A stretch of DNA of 64,000 nt from an uncultured Nonlabens sp. Its GTDB lineage: Bacteria > Bacteroidota > Bacteroidia > Flavobacteriales > Flavobacteriaceae. Made by a program: the position numbers and the translations under genes. Of the stretch, positions 58,940 through 64,000 are shown piece by piece; the stretch's first letter is position 1, and each line of letters begins with the position of its first letter. The stretch is from the NCBI RefSeq assembly GCF_947495285.1, contig NZ_CANLXZ010000013.1, forward strand, positions 29,741 through 93,740, given 5' to 3'. The notes under the pieces were generated by a model. It was given only the letters and a program-made list of their open reading frames with translations. It did no database searches and had not been told where the DNA came from.

Positions 58940-61036
58940 ATGAAATGGATCACACTAGTTGCTCTTTTTGGAGCTTATTTTTCTCAATCACAAAACACGC
59001 CTAGTCAGTTAACAACGGTAGATTATAAAAAGGCTGATGTGTCTATACATCTAGATGCAAATTCTAATGAGATAGAAGGTACAGTAGACTATAATCTTGA
59101 AATCTTAAATGATGCGTCATCTATTTTTCTGGATGCAAAAAATCTAGTTTCTTACAACGCCTTATTAGATAATAAGGAAGTGAAAATGATTTATGACGGT
59201 AAGAAACTTGTAGTACAAGCACCTTTTAAGGCAGGAGAGGAGCACGTGCTGCATATCTCTTTTACCAGTTACCCATCAAAGGCTATGTACCATATAGATA
59301 TAGATGATGATGGTTTGTGGGATCAACTATGGACGCAGGGACAAGGTAAATATACCAGCAACTGGTTGCCTAGTATGGATGATATGAATGATAAGATCAT
59401 CTGGAATACGTCTATTACCGCACCTGCTTCTAAGCTTGCAGTTTCTAACGGTGTGCTGTCACAAGTCATTGATGGTAAAGATGTGAAAACATGGAAATAC
59501 ATCATGCAAAAACCTATGTCTAGTTACTTGCTGGCCGTGGTTGTAGGAGATTATGAGGTAAAAAAAGAAAGTAGTTCTTCTGGTTTACCGCTGGAATATT
59601 ACTATTATAAAAATCAAGGAGATAAAGTAGCTTCTACCTATCAACACTCTAAAGAGATTTTTGATTTCTTAGAAGGCGAGATAGGAGTAGCATTTCCATG
59701 GCAAGCTTATAAGCAAATTCCTGTAAAAGACTTTTTATATTCTGGGATGGAAAATACAGGTTTAACCGTTTTTAGCGATGTGTTTTTTACCGATGCGCTG
59801 GGAGCAAATGACCGCAGTTATGTAAACGTAAATGCGCACGAGCTAGCGCATCAATGGTTTGGTAATTTAGTTACCGAGACAGATGCAAAACACCACTGGT
59901 TGCATGAAGGATTTGCTAGTTATTATGCATTGCTAGCCGAAAAGAATCTATACGGTAATTCTCATTTTCAACATCAATTATATGAGTATGCCGAGGCTTT
60001 GAACCAGCAGACTGCTAGAGGGAAAAGTACCGCTTTGTTAGATCCCAAAGCAAACTCGCTTACATTCTATCAACATGGAGCATGGGCTTTACATGCGTTA
60101 AAGGATACGGTTGGAGAGTTCAGCTTTCGCGAAAGCGTAACACGTTACCTCATAAAAAATAAATACAAGAATGTAACTACAAATGATTTTCTAGATATAG
60201 TAGAAGAAGTAAGCAATAAAAATCTAGACGAGTTTAAAGCCACATGGTTAACATCTACTACATTTCCTGCTGCTGCAGCTTTACAAATCTTGAGAAAAGA
60301 ACCTATTATGGAAAACTTTTTACAACTGGCGGCACGACGTATATCCAATTTTGATGAGTCTTATTATTCTTATAAAGAAACGCTAGAAAAGCCTATAGAA
60401 TTAGAACTGGTTAAAGAAATGGTGGCGCAATTAAGTATTCATAATACAAATAAGAAATATGAGTTATTGAGAGAGGCCGCAACACTGGATAATGTAGAGG
60501 TAAATCAATTAATAGTTTTAAGTACGCCTAGTATTAATGTAGAAAATAGAGAGTTAATAAAAAGCATGCTCAACGATGATTCTTACGTAACTAGAGAGTC
60601 TGCCTTATTTCTTTTATGGAATGATGTGAGTGATAAAAGAACCTTTTTAGAAGAAACAAAACAGCAATGGAAAGAAATGAATTATAGTCTAGATATGGCG
60701 TGGATAGTTTTGGCACTCAATTCTAGTGGGTATAGTAACGAAGAGTTACTGCCGTTACTAACTAGATTACAGTCTTATACGGGACTTATTTATAGTACGG
60801 AGACTAGAACAGCAGCGTTTGATTATTTAATAAACCTAGATGCGATGAGTCAGCAAAATTACATGGACCTCATGCAGGCTAGTTTACACCACGTATGGAG
60901 ATTTTATGAAAATGCGCGAGATATTTTAAAAGCTCAATATAAAAGAGAGCATGGTAAATTTCTTATAGATCAGTCTTTTACGCATTTTAATACAGAAAGT
61001 AAGAAACGTTTGAAGAAAATATTAGAGGTAAAATGA
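58940..61036 (+). CDS. M1 family aminopeptidase, exported
   Basis: GMEN and HELAHQW-x-HEGFASY motifs intact; start set at ATG 58940 (signal peptide). Confidence 0.93.
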   Translation: MKWITLVALFGAYFSQSQNTPSQLTTVDYKKADVSIHLDANSNEIEGTVDYNLEILNDASSIFLDAKNLVSYNALLDNKEVKMIYDGKKLVVQAPFKAGEEHVLHISFTSYPSKAMYHIDIDDDGLWDQLWTQGQGKYTSNWLPSMDDMNDKIIWNTSITAPASKLAVSNGVLSQVIDGKDVKTWKYIMQKPMSSYLLAVVVGDYEVKKESSSSGLPLEYYYYKNQGDKVASTYQHSKEIFDFLEGEIGVAFPWQAYKQIPVKDFLYSGMENTGLTVFSDVFFTDALGANDRSYVNVNAHELAHQWFGNLVTETDAKHHWLHEGFASYYALLAEKNLYGNSHFQHQLYEYAEALNQQTARGKSTALLDPKANSLTFYQHGAWALHALKDTVGEFSFRESVTRYLIKNKYKNVTTNDFLDIVEEVSNKNLDEFKATWLTSTTFPAAAALQILRKEPIMENFLQLAARRISNFDESYYSYKETLEKPIELELVKEMVAQLSIHNTNKKYELLREAATLDNVEVNQLIVLSTPSINVENRELIKSMLNDDSYVTRESALFLLWNDVSDKRTFLEETKQQWKEMNYSLDMAWIVLALNSSGYSNEELLPLLTRLQSYTGLIYSTETRTAAFDYLINLDAMSQQNYMDLMQASLHHVWRFYENARDILKAQYKREHGKFLIDQSFTHFNTESKKRLKKILEVK
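60122..60137. repeat. Palindrome variant AGCTTTCGCGAAAGCG (1 mismatch) in the M1 aminopeptidase gene (SFRES)
   Basis: The 14-bp core 60123-60136 is perfect. Confidence 0.9.
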
Positions 61037-61142
61037 CTTACGTACTTCACAACTATAATTTATAATTTATTGAAAATATGAACTATAAAAACTATAGATC
61101 TTAAACAAATTTATATTTTTTATCGCTAGGGTAAGTTTTTAC

Positions 61143-61661
61143 TTAGAACAAGTCATTAACTTCGGCCTTTAAGAAGCTTATCGCAGTGGCGCTAGGTGTA
61201 GGTTTATCCATAAGGTCATTAAGAATAGCCTGTCGCAATCCGTCTGCTGTAGTTAGTTTGTCTGTCATAGACACTTGACGTAATTTTTGTATGGTTGCGT
61301 TTTTTGCGGCACGTATGATATTCCAGCATTCTTCACTCACATATACTTGTTGTGCTATATTATGTTCAAACTCATGTTCTATAGCCGCAATTAGTGCCTG
61401 CTCATACTCAGACTTTGATAAATTATTAGATTTAGTTCTCACGATAAGGCTAGCAGGTTTTATGCGTTCAAGAAAAAGGACTAATCTCTCATAGGCAGCC
61501 ATGCGAGTAGGAAGTGTTTTTGCTTGAGATTCTCTTACAGTGATAAAACGTCTTCTTTTTTCTTCATTCTTCATAAAAGTCGAAAAGAAATAATAAGAGA
61601 TTATTGCAATAATAAATGAGGGTAATAAGGACTGGATTAAAGAAAAAATAGCTTCTTGCAT
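61143..61661 (-). CDS. Conserved Bacteroidetes hypothetical protein with an N-terminal TM helix
   Basis: RMAAYERLVLFLERI, EFEHNIAQQVYVS and WNIIRAAK conserved-looking blocks. Confidence 0.75.
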   Translation of the reverse strand: MQEAIFSLIQSLLPSFIIAIISYYFFSTFMKNEEKRRRFITVRESQAKTLPTRMAAYERLVLFLERIKPASLIVRTKSNNLSKSEYEQALIAAIEHEFEHNIAQQVYVSEECWNIIRAAKNATIQKLRQVSMTDKLTTADGLRQAILNDLMDKPTPSATAISFLKAEVNDLF

Positions 61662-61933
61662 GATGGAGTTTTAATTTTGTGGAACGTTCAAAAATAATAG
61701 GATATTGTTATTTGACAAATAATTTTATAGTGCTTTTCCTGTTTATCTATTCATACTAATAATTTTATAGTATAAAGGTGTGGTTTCCTATGTTGCTTTT
61801 ATCCATATACCAGACTGCTTTATGCTTGTAAAATAACACTCCATTTAAATCACATCGAGTTTAACTGTTATATGATGGAGTGTTATCTGGTTAGTTTTTA
61901 CAGTAAGTTGCTCTTTTCATTGAGCAGCTTATT

Positions 61934-63484
61934 TTATTTACCACCTAGATGTATGCAGTCTTTTAATTCTTGCATACCATTAAATGGAACGACCGTTTTT
62001 TGATATTTATAAGTATGCTCTAGAGTTTGTGTCATATTGCTATCTCCTATATTCACATCTACATCTCTCATATCAAACTGACATGGATGTTCATAACCAG
62101 CTGCGTGAGTAATTTCTAGCACTTCTTTATTGAATTTCTTAAAATAGCTAGCCAGTCTACCAGCTTTTTCTGGAACGACTATACCGCGTTGCAACCATTT
62201 ATTTTGAGTAGCAATACCAGTAGGACAGGTGTTGTTGTGACATGCTTTTGCTTGTATACAACCTATAGAAATCATTGCTTCACGAGCCACATTAATAACA
62301 TCTGCTCCCATAGAAAATGCCATCGCAGCTTTGGCAGGAAAACCCAATTTTCCAGAAGCAATAAAAACTAAATCTTCCGTCATTTGTCTGTTCTGAAAAA
62401 CCTGATAAAGATCTTTAAAACCATACACCCATGGAAGCGATACATGGTCTGCAAAACTAGGTGGTGCAGCACCAGTGCCACCTTCACCACCATCTACAGT
62501 GATAAAATCAGGACCTTTTCCTGTAGCTTTCATAATATCTGCCAGTTCTTCCCATTGATCTAGTTTACCTATTGCAGCTTTTATACCAGTAGGTAGTCCA
62601 GTTTCTTGAGCTATTTTTTCAACAAAGTCTACAAGGCCTTGTACACCTTTAAAAGCGCTGTGAGTAGGTGGAGAGAGAACATCTTTCCCCATAGGTACGT
62701 TGCGTATCTCACTTATCTCTTGGGTAATTTTAGAACCAGGTAATACGCCACCTTTTCCAGGTTTTGCCCCTTGAGATAGTTTCACCTCTATAGCTCTTAC
62801 TTGTGGATGGTCTTTAACCAGTTGTTTTAATTTTTCCATAGAAAAATTACCCTCGTCATCACGTACACCAAAGTATCCCGTACCGAAATGAAAAACCACA
62901 TCAGCCCCAGTTTTATGATAAGGAGATAATCCGCCTTCACCAGTATTATGGTAAGCATGTACTTCCTTACAGCCAGTGTTTAAAGCCTCAATAGCCTTGG
63001 CACTTAAACTACCATAACTCATCGCGCTCACATTAATCACACTTCTAGGTCTAAAAGGTCTTTTTCTATTTTTTGCAGCTCCCATAACCTTTGCACAAGG
63101 CAAAAATCCAGGATCTTTAGCAGTAACATGATTTTCATCAAGTTTAAAAGGCATCATCGCATTATTGATAAAAATATACTGGTGCGAGTAAATGTCACGA
63201 TCAGTTCCAAACCCTTCATAATTATTTTCATTCTTTGCACTAGCATAAATCCAGCCACGCTCAATTCTATTGAAAGGAAGTTCTTCACGATTATTTGCCA
63301 CAATGTATTGACGCAATTCTGGACCTATACTTTCTAGCCAGTACCTTATATGTCCTACAACAGGGAAATTCCTGAGTATTATATGTTTCTTATTAAAAAT
63401 ATCAAAAAGTGCAACTATAATTATAAAAGCGATGAGGTACCAGTACCATGCTATGTTTGCAATAAAATCCCAAATTTGTTCCAT
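61934..63484 (-). CDS. FMN-binding glutamate synthase family protein
   Basis: SAMSYGSLS, NTGEGG, KLSQGAKPGKGG, DGGEGGTGAAP and C-x5-C-x4-C motifs. Confidence 0.93.
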   Translation of the reverse strand: MEQIWDFIANIAWYWYLIAFIIIVALFDIFNKKHIILRNFPVVGHIRYWLESIGPELRQYIVANNREELPFNRIERGWIYASAKNENNYEGFGTDRDIYSHQYIFINNAMMPFKLDENHVTAKDPGFLPCAKVMGAAKNRKRPFRPRSVINVSAMSYGSLSAKAIEALNTGCKEVHAYHNTGEGGLSPYHKTGADVVFHFGTGYFGVRDDEGNFSMEKLKQLVKDHPQVRAIEVKLSQGAKPGKGGVLPGSKITQEISEIRNVPMGKDVLSPPTHSAFKGVQGLVDFVEKIAQETGLPTGIKAAIGKLDQWEELADIMKATGKGPDFITVDGGEGGTGAAPPSFADHVSLPWVYGFKDLYQVFQNRQMTEDLVFIASGKLGFPAKAAMAFSMGADVINVAREAMISIGCIQAKACHNNTCPTGIATQNKWLQRGIVVPEKAGRLASYFKKFNKEVLEITHAAGYEHPCQFDMRDVDVNIGDSNMTQTLEHTYKYQKTVVPFNGMQELKDCIHLGGK

Positions 63485-63597
63485 AAAAAATAATTAAGAT
63501 CTAAAAATACAATAGTTGTCATATAAGATCAGATATAACTGCAATGAATTTATACTTTAAAAAATTTTAATGTTGAAAAAACGCTAGATTTTTATTC

Positions 63598-63613
63598 CGC
63601 TTTCGCAGAAGTG
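63598..63613. repeat. Degenerate palindrome copy CGCTTTCGCAGAAGTG (3 mismatches), intergenic
   Basis: Retains the TTCCGCTTTCGC left arm seen in other intergenic copies. Confidence 0.55.
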
Positions 63614-63658
63614 AGAACAGCACAAGCCTTATCTTTATACTCTATAAAATGAAGACCT

Positions 63659-64000
63659 GTGCAAGATTATATTTCCCAACTTAACGACGCCCAAAGAGAA
63701 CCAGTTTTACAAAAGGAAGGTCCTATGATCATCATTGCTGGTGCAGGTTCTGGGAAGACTCGTGTGCTTACCATACGTATTGCATATTTGATGCAACAAG
63801 GTGTAGATCCGTTTAATATTTTATCTCTTACGTTTACAAATAAAGCGGCCAAAGAGATGAAAAAACGTATCGGTGATATCGTGGGTGCCGGACAGGCTAA
63901 AAATTTGTGGATGGGGACTTTTCACTCTGTCTTTGCAAAACTATTGCGTATGGAGGCAGATAAACTAGGCTATCCATCTAACTTTACTATTTACGATTCT
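63659..64000 (+). CDS. uvrD: UvrD/PcrA/Rep superfamily 1 helicase, 5' part truncated by the window edge
   Basis: GTG start; LNDAQ, IAGAGSGKTRVLT, TFTNKAAKEMK and GTFHS motifs. Not in the ORF track. Confidence 0.93.
   Translation, partial: MQDYISQLNDAQREPVLQKEGPMIIIAGAGSGKTRVLTIRIAYLMQQGVDPFNILSLTFTNKAAKEMKKRIGDIVGAGQAKNLWMGTFHSVFAKLLRMEADKLGYPSNFTIYDS

Overview
64-kb chromosomal window from a low-GC marine Flavobacteriaceae genome. Nonlabens is my best guess, inferred from gene order, TAnnTTTG promoters and T9SS genes. About 58 CDS, mostly housekeeping: menC/menE, dnaA, ribD, prmC, ligA, amt, dapA-bamD-rpoZ-coaBC-porD-recN-fabI, coaE-rprXY, miaA, mlaEF, pafA and the 5' end of uvrD/pcrA. Accessory elements are a Cache-LytTR/OB-fold/YceI/beta-barrel/spondin locus, a T9SS FN3-CUB protein with a 94%-identical internal duplication, an IS630-like remnant and a decayed HpaII-like R-M/HNH island. 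I recognised no rRNA, tRNA or CRISPR. The most striking signal is a 16-bp perfect palindrome, CGCTTTCGCGAAAGCG, with 12 exact and 4 imperfect copies. Twelve of the 16 lie inside protein-coding genes and use all three reading frames (RFRES, AFAKA, LSRKR), apparently without lengthening the proteins. Exact copies are never closer than about 3.7 kb, and the motif is absent from the foreign R-M island. This looks like a regularly spaced, chromosome-scale sequence lattice whose trans-acting factor I cannot identify in this window. All counts were made by hand and need computational confirmation.
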